Below are positions 17,368-26,505 of a DNA stretch of 53,746 nt, in pieces (within the stretch, counting starts at the first letter, position 1; every line of letters starts with the position of its first letter). Source of the stretch: Candidatus Microgenomates bacterium (GTDB lineage Bacteria; Patescibacteriota; Microgenomatia; Levybacterales; UBA12049); assembly GCA_025451755.1 (NCBI GenBank), contig JANWJT010000017.1:82147-135892 (forward strand). The letters run 5' to 3'. Under the pieces are notes generated by a model that saw only the letters and a program-made list of their open reading frames with translations, was not told where the DNA came from and made no database searches. Made by a program: the position numbers and the translations under genes.

Positions 17368-20088
17368 ATGTTTGGTAATTTATTTGGGTCAAGAAAATAT
17401 ATAGTAGATAATCAGGTGCAGCAGGATCAGCAAGGACAACAGATACCGCCACAGGTATCTGCCCCTCAAATCTCTCAAAATCCAGCTGTTCCTCAATCTC
17501 CGGCTGTCGGTGCATCCTCTTCTATGGAGCCAGGTACTAGGCAGGGACTTTCAGTTTTGTCTCATTTAGATACCAGGGCTACTCAAGTTTTAAATCTTGC
17601 ATTACAGGAATCAAAAAGAATTAAGCAGGCATTAATAGAACCCGAAGAGATAATGATAGGTCTTTTATATGATGGGGAGGTTTTTAAATTGGTTTCTCAA
17701 TTTTCTTCGGATCCCACGACAATAGTTAAAGAAATTCAGAGTAAGCAAGTTATGGGAACTTTTTCCGGAGAGCCTACTCTAAGCGATACATCTAAAAAAG
17801 TTTTTGATGATGCTTATAAAATGGTACAAAATCGGGGGGTCGAATTTATAACGCCGGAAGATCTACTACTTACACTATTTTCTCAGACGGCTTCATCGAA
17901 TATTCTTCAAAACCAGGGGATTAAAAAAGAAGATTTAGAGAAAACACTTTCAAAATCTACAGCTTATGTAAAAGGAAAAAAATCTGCACTCGAAAGTTAT
18001 GGAGTTGATTTAACAGAGCAGGCAAAAAATGGAGAACTCGATCCGATTGCAGGACGAGATTCAGAAATAGAAAGAGCAATCCACATTTTGCTTAGACGAA
18101 CCAAAAATAACCCGATTATTATAGGAGAAGCAGGGGTTGGTAAAACTGCAATTGTAGAAGGTCTTGCAAAAAAGATTGTAGACGGGTCTGCTCCAAAAGA
18201 TTTATTAAACAAAAAAATAATTCAGCTAGATTTATCTTCACTAGTAGCAGGAGCGTCTCATAGGGGAGAATTTGAGGAAAGACTTAGAAATGTTATTAAG
18301 GAAACTCAGGTCGCGGCGGGTACTATTGTTTTATTTATCGATGAAATTCATACATTAATTGGAGCAGGAGATACAGAAGGAGCGCTAGATGCTTCAAATA
18401 TTGTAAAACCATTTCTAGCAAGAGGACAGCTTCAAATAATTGGGACGACTACCACAACAGAATACAGAAAGTATTTTGAAAAAGATAAAGCATTCGAAAG
18501 AAGATTTCAGCCTGTCCTAGTTGCGGAGCCCGATGAGAAAACCGCAGTAGAAATGTTAAAAGTTTTAAAAGCAAAATATGAAGATTTCCACAAAGTTTTA
18601 TTGCCTGACCAAGCGCTTGATGCGTCGGTAAAATTGTCAAAAAGATATATTGGAGAAAGATACCTTCCCGACAAAGCAGTAGATCTTTTAGATGAAGCTT
18701 CGGCGGAAGTAAGACTTGAAATACAAGCTGGCAGGAGACAAGATAATAATGTTATCGAAGAGGATATTCAAAAAGTTGTAAGCAGCTGGACGGGAATTCC
18801 TATAACCAAGCTTACAGAGAATGAGGGCGAAAAATTACTTCATCTCGAAGACACTATCCACAAAAGGTTAATAAATCAGGAAATCGCAGTTTCCTCGGTT
18901 GCAGAAGCTGTAAGAAGAGGAAGAATTGGTTTATCCAGTGCAAATAGACCTATTGCATCTTTTATTTTTCTAGGTCCAACGGGCGTTGGAAAGACTGAAC
19001 TTGCAAAAACTTTAGCAGAAATAATTTTCGGAAAAGAAGATTTAATGATAAGGCTTGATATGAGTGAATACATGGAGAAGCACGAGGTAGCAAAGCTTAT
19101 TGGTGCTCCTCCGGGATACGTTGGATATGAAGAGGGTGGACAACTAACAGAAGCAGTAAGAGCAAAGCCTTACTCAATTGTCTTGTTGGATGAAATAGAA
19201 AAAGCTCATCCCGATGTTTTTAATATAATGCTTCAGCTTCTAGAAGACGGAAGGCTTACAGACAACAAAGGGAATACCATTTCTTTTAAAAATACAATAA
19301 TTATTGCAACCTCAAATATTGGAAGCGATCTTATTCAAAAGGAGCTTGAGGAAAATAAAAAAGTTGATGATGCACCTTCTAGCAAAGAAGTTTCTGCAGA
19401 TGAATTAACTAAAAGATTTGAGAAGCTTTCAAAAATATTACTGGTAGAGCTTCGAAAATTCTTTAAACCAGAACTCTTAAACCGTTTTGATGAAGTTGTA
19501 ATATTTGAATCACTTACGCAAAAAAATATGCATGCGGTTGCAAATCTTGGAATTAATTCCACCAAGAAATTATTAAACCAGCAAGGAATAGATATAGAAG
19601 TTGCGCAGGAGGCATTAACTCAGCTTGCCAAAGAAGGGTACGATCCAATTTATGGAGCAAGACCATTAAGGCGTCTTATTCAAAGCGCAATAGAAAATCC
19701 AATTGCAATTCTTATAATAAATAAAACATTTATTAAGGGAGACAAAATTTTGGTCAATTTTGATAGTCAGAAGCAACAATTTGCTTTTTCCAAAGCTCCT
19801 CCTCCAGTTCAAAGTCAAAATACTGACGGAGCACAGATTCCCAATCAGCCACCATCTAATCAGCCTCCTGTTCAGCCAATTGCAAACGGAACACCACCGG
19901 TAGATAACGTTGGTCAGGCTATTCCTAATCAAAATCCAACACCAATTCCTATTCCTGCTCCAATTTTAACTCCAGACCCAATTCCAGGCCTAACGCCAAA
20001 TCCATCCTTCCCGAACCCGCCTGTAAATCCAGTTAGTCCAATTAACACTGTTGGCACAGACGGAAGTCAAATGCAGCCTCAAAATTGA
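17368..20088 (+). CDS. Hsp100/Clp-family double-ring AAA+ ATPase (Clp_N + NBD1 + NBD2), no M-domain, Pro/Gln-rich termini
   Basis: NBD1 has GEAGVGKTA and [12 protein letters not shown]2 has [22 protein letters not shown] and GARPLRR. The ATG lies 2 nt after the stop of the upstream membrane protein. Confidence 0.85.
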   Translation: MFGNLFGSRKYIVDNQVQQDQQGQQIPPQVSAPQISQNPAVPQSPAVGASSSMEPGTRQGLSVLSHLDTRATQVLNLALQESKRIKQALIEPEEIMIGLLYDGEVFKLVSQFSSDPTTIVKEIQSKQVMGTFSGEPTLSDTSKKVFDDAYKMVQNRGVEFITPEDLLLTLFSQTASSNILQNQGIKKEDLEKTLSKSTAYVKGKKSALESYGVDLTEQAKNGELDPIAGRDSEIERAIHILLRRTKNNPIIIGEAGVGKTAIVEGLAKKIVDGSAPKDLLNKKIIQLDLSSLVAGASHRGEFEERLRNVIKETQVAAGTIVLFIDEIHTLIGAGDTEGALDASNIVKPFLARGQLQIIGTTTTTEYRKYFEKDKAFERRFQPVLVAEPDEKTAVEMLKVLKAKYEDFHKVLLPDQALDASVKLSKRYIGERYLPDKAVDLLDEASAEVRLEIQAGRRQDNNVIEEDIQKVVSSWTGIPITKLTENEGEKLLHLEDTIHKRLINQEIAVSSVAEAVRRGRIGLSSANRPIASFIFLGPTGVGKTELAKTLAEIIFGKEDLMIRLDMSEYMEKHEVAKLIGAPPGYVGYEEGGQLTEAVRAKPYSIVLLDEIEKAHPDVFNIMLQLLEDGRLTDNKGNTISFKNTIIIATSNIGSDLIQKELEENKKVDDAPSSKEVSADELTKRFEKLSKILLVELRKFFKPELLNRFDEVVIFESLTQKNMHAVANLGINSTKKLLNQQGIDIEVAQEALTQLAKEGYDPIYGARPLRRLIQSAIENPIAILIINKTFIKGDKILVNFDSQKQQFAFSKAPPPVQSQNTDGAQIPNQPPSNQPPVQPIANGTPPVDNVGQAIPNQNPTPIPIPAPILTPDPIPGLTPNPSFPNPPVNPVSPINTVGTDGSQMQPQN

Positions 20089-20094
20089 TAATAT

Positions 20095-20643
20095 ATGACC
20101 GATGAAAATATTAATCCTCAAAATATTCCAATTCAATCTCCAAACACTGATTTAACAAATCAAAAATCTCCGCCATCAAGTTCAAAAAAAACTATTCTCA
20201 TTGTTCTACTAATAATTTTGATTATTGCTATTTCACTTCTATTTTTTTTATTTTTTAACCAAAAAGAGAAAAGTACTAATCCTACTATAATTCCTACAGT
20301 TAATCCTCAGATAAGTATGGCAACGTCAGGCCAGCTAGCTCCTTCTTCAGGAGTGCAAATAACACCAGAATTCGTTCCAGATGAGGTAATTGTTAAGTAT
20401 AAAACTGGACAGTCGCCAGATGAAATAAAAGATGAAAATAAGAAAAATAAACTCGAGGATTCCTTACAAAGAATCGGAGTATTATCACAAGAAAAGTTAT
20501 ATAACTCAGATGATCCTATTTTAAAAAGATCCTATCTTTTGAAATTTAAAAAAGGATCAGATATATTAAATGCAATAGAAAAATTAAATAAATTGGAGGA
20601 AATAGAATATGCAGAGCCAAATAATATCCAAAATACCTTTTAA
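20095..20643 (+). CDS. Membrane-anchored stand-alone subtilisin-propeptide (inhibitor I9-like) protein
   Basis: One TM helix, then FVPDEVIVKYK...ILKRSYLLKFKKGSDILNAIEKLNKLEEIEYAEPNNI. This is paralogous to the propeptide of the next gene and ends exactly where a catalytic domain would begin. Confidence 0.6.
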   Translation: MTDENINPQNIPIQSPNTDLTNQKSPPSSSKKTILIVLLIILIIAISLLFFLFFNQKEKSTNPTIIPTVNPQISMATSGQLAPSSGVQITPEFVPDEVIVKYKTGQSPDEIKDENKKNKLEDSLQRIGVLSQEKLYNSDDPILKRSYLLKFKKGSDILNAIEKLNKLEEIEYAEPNNIQNTF

Positions 20644-22441
20644 AAAAATTGATAAAAAAAGAAAGTTTCTTTTAGCAGGCGTTTTAATTTTAATAACACT
20701 TTTTTTATCCTCCTTTTTATTAGTTAATAATCAACACAATTCTAATAGTAAAAAATACACTCCTATTCCAAAAGATGCTCAGTTTATACCGGATGAAATA
20801 ATTATTAAATATAAAAAGGATTACACTTTTGATGAACTTAAAATTCTAATGAGTAAATTATTAAAGTTGGGAGTTTTATCGCAAGAAATGGTCTATTTAT
20901 CATCAGATGACCCTATTTTAAAAAGATACTATCTTCTAAAGCTTAAAAAAAATACAGACATAGCAAAGCTTCAAGAATTTTTAAATAATTTCGAAGAGAT
21001 AGATGCCATAGAGCCAAATTATATTCTAGAAACACAGGGAATAGTGCCTAATGATCCCTCATATTCACAGCTGTGGGGTCTTGGCAAGATAGAGATGGAA
21101 AACACTTGGGACATAACAAAAGGTTCAAGTTCTGTTAAGGTGGCAGTAGTTGATTCAGGAATTGACTATAATCATGTTGATTTGCCGGTGAATGTTTTTA
21201 AAGGAAAAGATTTTGTAAATAATGATGACGATCCAATGGATGATAACGGACATGGAACGCATGTTGCCGGGACAATAGGTGCTACCACCGATAATGGGAT
21301 CGGAGTAAGTGGTATTAATTGGAATGTGGAATTAATGGCAGTAAAAGTAATGAATGCGTCTGGTAAAGGAAACACCGTTGGAATTGTTAACGGAGTAAAG
21401 TACGCTATAGATAATGGAGCTAAAGTAATTAACCTAAGCTTAGGTGGTTCCGGATCCTGTAGCGCATGGGATGGCGTAATAAATTATGCAAATAATGCAG
21501 GAGCAGTGGTTGTAGTTGCAGCAGGAAACTCCAACATAGATGCTGCAGGACACAGCCCCGCCAGTTGTAATGGGGTTATTACGGTTGGATCTACAACAAG
21601 CTCTGACTCGCGCTCGTCCTTTTCGAATTTTGGTAGCACGGTAGAGATTGCTGCGCCAGGGAGTAGCATTCTATCAACACTTCCCGGTAATAGATACGGC
21701 TCCAAAAACGGAACCAGTATGGCAACTCCTCATGTAGCAGGAGTCGCGGCTTTACTTCTTACAACAAACCCAAATTTCACGCCAGATCAAATAAAAGATT
21801 GTTTAGTAAATAACGCCGATATTATACCGACAGACAAACCTATTGGTCCAAGACTTAACGCATTTAAAGCACTTACTTTATGTACAGGAGGTACTCTTCC
21901 AATAAATTCCCCAACTCCTCTCATAACAAATGTTCCTTCGACATACAGCATCTCTATAAATATCTGGATAGACAATAATAACGACGGGGTAAAGGATGGA
22001 AACGACACTCCTTATCAGGATGCAATTATAAATCTTACTGGTCCCATAGATTCAAGTGGTACAACTAATGTTTCGGGCGATTTAGCTTTCTCAAGTCTTC
22101 CGTCTGGAGATTATTCTGTAGGAATTATTATACCGGGTTACAATATTTCGCCATACCCAATAAGCATTATTAATGGTAGCATTTTGTTAACATTGGGTCT
22201 TTCTCCTGAGACTCAATTAGCGATCCCTATAGTTGTTACACAACCTATTACACTTACTCCGGTTGCAACATCAATTCCGACTAATGCACCTCTCCCAACG
22301 GGAACACGTCCAGGAGGAACTAGCCCGACTCCAACGCCAACCCCGATTGCAACTTATAACTGTGAGATCGATAAAGAATGTATAAAAAAAACTGGGCAGA
22401 AAAATCTTCAATTTTGTCTTTTAATTTGTAATCCTAGATAG
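20609..22441 (+). CDS. Subtilisin-like serine protease (S8) with TM anchor/signal, I9 propeptide, SdrD-B/Cna-B-like domain and PT-rich Cys tail
   Basis: Catalytic triad contexts VAVVDSGID, HGTHVAGTIG and GTSMATPHVAG. The propeptide runs FIPDEIIIKYK...IDAIEPNYI, and a Ca-binding-like DNNNDGVKDGND is present. Confidence 0.9.
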   Translation: MQSQIISKIPFKKIDKKRKFLLAGVLILITLFLSSFLLVNNQHNSNSKKYTPIPKDAQFIPDEIIIKYKKDYTFDELKILMSKLLKLGVLSQEMVYLSSDDPILKRYYLLKLKKNTDIAKLQEFLNNFEEIDAIEPNYILETQGIVPNDPSYSQLWGLGKIEMENTWDITKGSSSVKVAVVDSGIDYNHVDLPVNVFKGKDFVNNDDDPMDDNGHGTHVAGTIGATTDNGIGVSGINWNVELMAVKVMNASGKGNTVGIVNGVKYAIDNGAKVINLSLGGSGSCSAWDGVINYANNAGAVVVVAAGNSNIDAAGHSPASCNGVITVGSTTSSDSRSSFSNFGSTVEIAAPGSSILSTLPGNRYGSKNGTSMATPHVAGVAALLLTTNPNFTPDQIKDCLVNNADIIPTDKPIGPRLNAFKALTLCTGGTLPINSPTPLITNVPSTYSISINIWIDNNNDGVKDGNDTPYQDAIINLTGPIDSSGTTNVSGDLAFSSLPSGDYSVGIIIPGYNISPYPISIINGSILLTLGLSPETQLAIPIVVTQPITLTPVATSIPTNAPLPTGTRPGGTSPTPTPTPIATYNCEIDKECIKKTGQKNLQFCLLICNPR

Positions 22442-22493
22442 CTTTGATTGCAATTTATTTTAAAACCTCCTACACTAAAAGTATAATCTGCCC

Positions 22494-22820
22494 ATGTTTT
22501 ATTTATCGCTACCCGTAATTTTTTTAAAATTTTGGTATGTTGATGCCCCAAAAGGTCTTGTAGGTTTTTTTCTATCCCTTAATAAGTCTTTTCTTCAGTT
22601 ATTATCGCTGCCTCTTTTAGTAAGAACTTATTTTAAGCCGTGGAAAAATGAATACAGAAAAGGATTAGTTGTATTTTCGATTGGAATGGGAATTTTTATT
22701 AAAACATTTGTAATATTAGCGGATTTAATATTAATTCTTTTATTGCTTTTTCTTGAAATAATGTTTTTTATTTCATTTTTACTATGGCCAATACTAACAA
22801 TATTTTTACTTTTTTCATAA
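22494..22820 (+). CDS. Small 3-TM membrane protein, unknown function
   Basis: 108-aa hydrophobic ORF. A TATAAT box lies 6 nt upstream of its ATG, and its stop is 1 nt before the next ATG. Confidence 0.5.
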   Translation: MFYLSLPVIFLKFWYVDAPKGLVGFFLSLNKSFLQLLSLPLLVRTYFKPWKNEYRKGLVVFSIGMGIFIKTFVILADLILILLLLFLEIMFFISFLLWPILTIFLLFS

Positions 22821-22821
22821 A

Positions 22822-25227
22822 ATGATCGGATACGCCAAAATTTACAACATTTATCAATCTATAGTATTTATATCAATCAGAATATTTATATCGGTATTTT
22901 TGTCTTCGTACATTTTACGTGCTGGTTTAAACAACTCATTCGATTTATCAATAGTAAAACTTCCTTTGTTTCTATTATTTACGTTTTTAATAATAGAAAT
23001 CTTTTTCCATTTTAAAATTTCTAAGAAACTTCCCGAAGTTGAAATCTCATCAAATAAAGGAAATCCTCTGGATTCACTCACTCTAAAATCACTGGGTATT
23101 TTCTTAAGCTCAAATAGCTCTCAGTCTTTAGTAAGAAAACTTCTTAAAATCTCTTCCGTAAATTTCATGACCAGCAAAATGGACATTCTTTCTAAAGAAG
23201 AAATAAAACTTGTTGATTTTCCAAAAGAGGAATTAGCAAAGTACGCTTTAGAAATTTCTAAAAACTTAAAAGGAAAGTTTGTTACCATAATGGATTTATT
23301 CGCGTCTTACATATTGTTAACAGAAGAAAATACAAAAATTTTGTTTAATAAAAATCTTAAAAAAGAGGAGTTCTTGCAAATTCTTTTTTGGGCAAGAACA
23401 AAATTTGCAAGCGAAGAAAATCCACAGCCGTTTAGAATTAGTTTTTCTGGAGAAGGCATTGGGGAAAGTTGGGTTTCGGGCTGGACAATAGAAACAAAAA
23501 AATACATGGTCGACTTAACTTCGGAAGTTTTACAAAAAAAACCTTCTTTTTTAGGACGTGAAAGTGAGCTCAAGCAGCTTATAGAAGGAATGTATAAAAA
23601 TAAAAGCGCACTCTTGGTTGGAGAGGTAGGATCGGGCAAAACAGAAATAGCGCAGAGCCTTGCCTTAGAGAGTTTTGCCGGAAATTTAAAAGGAAGTCTT
23701 TATCACCAAAGATTTTATATGCTTTTGGTTGATGCTTTGCTTGCGGGTTCTGAAAACCCTGGTGAGTTAGAAGAAAGACTTGGCTATGTTATTGCCGAAC
23801 TTTCCCATGCAGGGAATATTATTATTTTTATTCCTTCATTTGAAAACATTTTAGGATCTTCGTCCTTCCATCTGGATCTCTCCGGCGTTCTTATACCATA
23901 TATAGAAAGAGGAGCTATCCGAATAATTGGAACTGTTACGCCCGGATCATTTAAAAAATTTATAGAAACTCGAAAAACACTTCTGGAAAACTTAGAAATA
24001 ATAAAAGTTGATGAGCCAAGCGAAGAGGTTTCTTTTGCAATGCTTTTTAAGAAGGCCAGCCAAATAGAAGAACTAGATAATATAAAAATATCTTACTCTG
24101 CAATTGCTTCATCGTTAAAATATGCTAAAAAATATCTTCCCGATAGAGTTCTTCCAGGAGCTGCGGTAACCCTACTTGAGGATGCAGCTGCGGCGACAGC
24201 TCTTTCTAAGAAAAAGATTCTCGAAGAGGGAGACATTATACAAAAAATAGAAAGTAAAACTAATATTGCTGTTGGAAAGCCTGGAAAAGAAGAGAAAGAA
24301 CTGCTACTTAATTTAGAAGATGAGATTCATAAAAGAGTTGTAGATCAAAAAGAGGCAGTTTTCGAAGTTTCGGAAGCAATGAGAAGACTGCGAACTGGGC
24401 TTACTGTAAAAGATAAACCAATTTCATTTTTATTCCTGGGTCCTACAGGGGTAGGAAAAACAGAAACAGCAAAAGCTTTATCAAAAATTTATTTTGGAGG
24501 AGAGGAAAAAATGATAAGACTCGATATGAGTGAATACTCTGAAGATGGGTCTTTAAAAAGATTGCTTGGCTCAGTTCCTGGAGAAGAACAAATGCCAGGA
24601 GAATTAACAGATAAAATATTAGATAATCCTTTTTCTCTTGTTCTTTTGGACGAATTTGAAAAGGCAAATTCAAACATTTTAAATCTTTTTCTCCAGGTTC
24701 TTGATGATGGAAGACTGACCGATAATAAAGGGAAAACCGTTTCTTTTACGAATGCAATAATTATTGCAACTTCAAATGCGGCTTCGGAATTTATACGCGA
24801 AGAAGTAAATAAGGGTACGGTGGTCGACAAAAAATTCCAGAAAAGTCTTTTAGAGTTTTTGCAGACAAAGGGAATTTTTAAACCCGAACTTTTAAATAGA
24901 TTCGATGGCGTAATTGTATTTAAGCCTTTGGGAGGAAGTGAAATTGAAGAAATAACTAAAATTCTTTTAAAAGAACTTTCCGACAAAATGCTAGAGCAAG
25001 ATATTGCAGTAAGTTTTGATAATGGAATAATTCAAAAAATTATTAAAGAAGGCTTTGATGAACAGTTCGGCGCCCGCCCAATTAGTAGATATATTCAGGA
25101 TAACATCGAAGATCTTCTCGCCCAAAAAATATTAAAAGATGAAATAAAACGCGGAGATAAAATCACAGTTTCAATAGACTCTTTAAGTGTGATTACAGTT
25201 TCAAAATCCTCGCAAGGTATCATCTAG
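22822..25227 (+). CDS. Membrane-anchored Hsp100/Clp-like AAA+ ATPase with degenerate NBD1
   Basis: The N-terminus carries 2 TM helices. NBD1 keeps Walker A (GEVGSGKTE), but Walker B reads IIIFIPSFEN instead of hhhhDE, and the ERRFQ Arg-finger region reads LENLE. NBD2 is intact ([28 protein letters not shown]). Confidence 0.8.
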   Translation: MIGYAKIYNIYQSIVFISIRIFISVFLSSYILRAGLNNSFDLSIVKLPLFLLFTFLIIEIFFHFKISKKLPEVEISSNKGNPLDSLTLKSLGIFLSSNSSQSLVRKLLKISSVNFMTSKMDILSKEEIKLVDFPKEELAKYALEISKNLKGKFVTIMDLFASYILLTEENTKILFNKNLKKEEFLQILFWARTKFASEENPQPFRISFSGEGIGESWVSGWTIETKKYMVDLTSEVLQKKPSFLGRESELKQLIEGMYKNKSALLVGEVGSGKTEIAQSLALESFAGNLKGSLYHQRFYMLLVDALLAGSENPGELEERLGYVIAELSHAGNIIIFIPSFENILGSSSFHLDLSGVLIPYIERGAIRIIGTVTPGSFKKFIETRKTLLENLEIIKVDEPSEEVSFAMLFKKASQIEELDNIKISYSAIASSLKYAKKYLPDRVLPGAAVTLLEDAAAATALSKKKILEEGDIIQKIESKTNIAVGKPGKEEKELLLNLEDEIHKRVVDQKEAVFEVSEAMRRLRTGLTVKDKPISFLFLGPTGVGKTETAKALSKIYFGGEEKMIRLDMSEYSEDGSLKRLLGSVPGEEQMPGELTDKILDNPFSLVLLDEFEKANSNILNLFLQVLDDGRLTDNKGKTVSFTNAIIIATSNAASEFIREEVNKGTVVDKKFQKSLLEFLQTKGIFKPELLNRFDGVIVFKPLGGSEIEEITKILLKELSDKMLEQDIAVSFDNGIIQKIIKEGFDEQFGARPISRYIQDNIEDLLAQKILKDEIKRGDKITVSIDSLSVITVSKSSQGII

Positions 25228-25232
25228 TGCCG

Positions 25233-25261
25233 TTGCTACCTAGTAGTAAATTTGGTATACT
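25233..25261 (+). promoter_or_regulatory. Promoter TTGCTA-17-(TGg)TATACT for nusA, 9 nt before the ATG
   Basis: The hexamers and spacing are read directly from the sequence. Confidence 0.55.
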
Positions 25262-25270
25262 GTTTCGACT

Positions 25271-26365
25271 ATGCCGGCAATGCAAAGAAGCGAGTTTTCG
25301 CTTGCACTAAATCAGGTCGCGAATGAGCGTGGCGTTGATATTTCTGTGGTTTTAGATACTGTAAAAAATGCAATTTTAGCAGCTTACAAGAAAGATCATC
25401 CGGGAATTGAAATCGAAGAATATTCGGCAACTCTAGATAAAAATAGCGGAGAGGCAAAAATTTTTAGTAAAGATAAAGATGTTACGCCGCCTGGGTTTGG
25501 AAGAATTGCAGCCCAAACCGCAAAACAAGTTATTCTACAAAAAATTAGAGAGAAAGAAAAAGAAGCAATTATTTCGGATTTTAAAATTAGAATAGGGACA
25601 GTAGCAAATGGAATGGTATTGCGATTTGCAGGTCCAAACATAATTGTTGATGTAGGTAAAACTGAAGCAGTTATGCCAGTACACGAGCAAATTCCAAATG
25701 AAAAGTATCATTTAAATCAAAGACTTACAGTTTATTTATTAAAAATAGTGGAAGGGTTTAAGGGAGAAGAGTTAGTGGTTTCAAGAGCAAATAACGGACT
25801 CTTGGCGGGTCTTTTTAAAAGAGAAGTACCCGAAGTTGCACAGGGAAGTGTGGAGATTAAAGATATTGCAAGAGAGCCAGGGTCAAGAAGTAAAATTGCC
25901 GTTTATTCTTCTCAATCGGGAATTGATCCGGTTGGAAGTTGTGTTGGTCAAAAAGGAGTAAGGGTTCAGGCTATAATTGCGGAATTTGGAGGACTAGAAA
26001 AAATAGATATTATCCAGTGGCAAGAGAACATAAAAGATTATATTGGACAAACTTTATCTCCTGCGAAAAATGTAAGAGTTGAAATAAATGAAGATGAAAA
26101 AACAGCACATGTTTTTGTTCCGCCTGAGGAGCTTTCCTTAGCCATCGGAAAAGAAGGACAGAATGTTCGGCTTGCATCAAAACTTGCAGGTTACAGAATA
26201 GAAATAGAAGGGGAACCCACTGTCGCTGAAGCCATAGCGAACAAGGAGGCTAAGGAATCGGAGGAAAAACAAGCTAAAGGAGTTAGTGCGAAAAATGAAA
26301 AGAAAGCGTCAAAGAAGCCATCAATAAAGAAAAAGGCAGTAAAAAAGATAAAAAAAGGTGAATAG
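25271..26365 (+). CDS. nusA: Transcription termination/antitermination factor NusA (Lys-rich tail)
   Basis: N-terminal domain, S1 domain and two KH domains (CVGQKGVRVQ, AIGKEGQNVRLAS), in nusA-infB synteny. Confidence 0.92.
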   Translation: MPAMQRSEFSLALNQVANERGVDISVVLDTVKNAILAAYKKDHPGIEIEEYSATLDKNSGEAKIFSKDKDVTPPGFGRIAAQTAKQVILQKIREKEKEAIISDFKIRIGTVANGMVLRFAGPNIIVDVGKTEAVMPVHEQIPNEKYHLNQRLTVYLLKIVEGFKGEELVVSRANNGLLAGLFKREVPEVAQGSVEIKDIAREPGSRSKIAVYSSQSGIDPVGSCVGQKGVRVQAIIAEFGGLEKIDIIQWQENIKDYIGQTLSPAKNVRVEINEDEKTAHVFVPPEELSLAIGKEGQNVRLASKLAGYRIEIEGEPTVAEAIANKEAKESEEKQAKGVSAKNEKKASKKPSIKKKAVKKIKKGE

Positions 26366-26505
26366 TAAATTCAAAATCATAAATTACAAATCCAAAATAA
26401 ATTTGAAAAATCAAAATATAAAATCCAAAACATATGTTTAGGAAATTTGGAAGTTTGAATTTTGGATTTGCTTGGAATTTAGATATTAGAATTTCGAATT
26501 TAGAT
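26366..26505. repeat. AT-rich imperfect inverted repeat (AAATYC / GRATTT units), copy B, in the nusA-infB spacer
   Basis: The left arm (aaattcaaaatcataaattacaaatccaaaat...aaaatccaaaacat) opposes the right arm (atgtttaggaaatttggaagtttgaattttggatttgcttggaatttagatattagaatttcgaatttag). The 17-mer gaatttagatattagaa is identical to 7918-7934. Confidence 0.6.

Noticed and set aside
20095-22441. Interpreting the 182-aa and 610-aa ORFs as one subtilase gene split by a frameshift
   Set aside because: The second ORF has its own N-terminal TM segment and a complete I9 propeptide, so nothing is missing from it. The first ORF is a duplicated module, not a lost 5' fragment.
24489-24986. 165-aa minus-strand ORF inside the 801-aa Clp-like gene; similar antisense ORFs occur inside dnaK, pnp, ftsK and the 906-aa Clp gene
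   Set aside because: The sense strand encodes strongly conserved AAA+ motifs, while the antisense translations are Ser/Phe-rich with no motifs. They are shadow ORFs.
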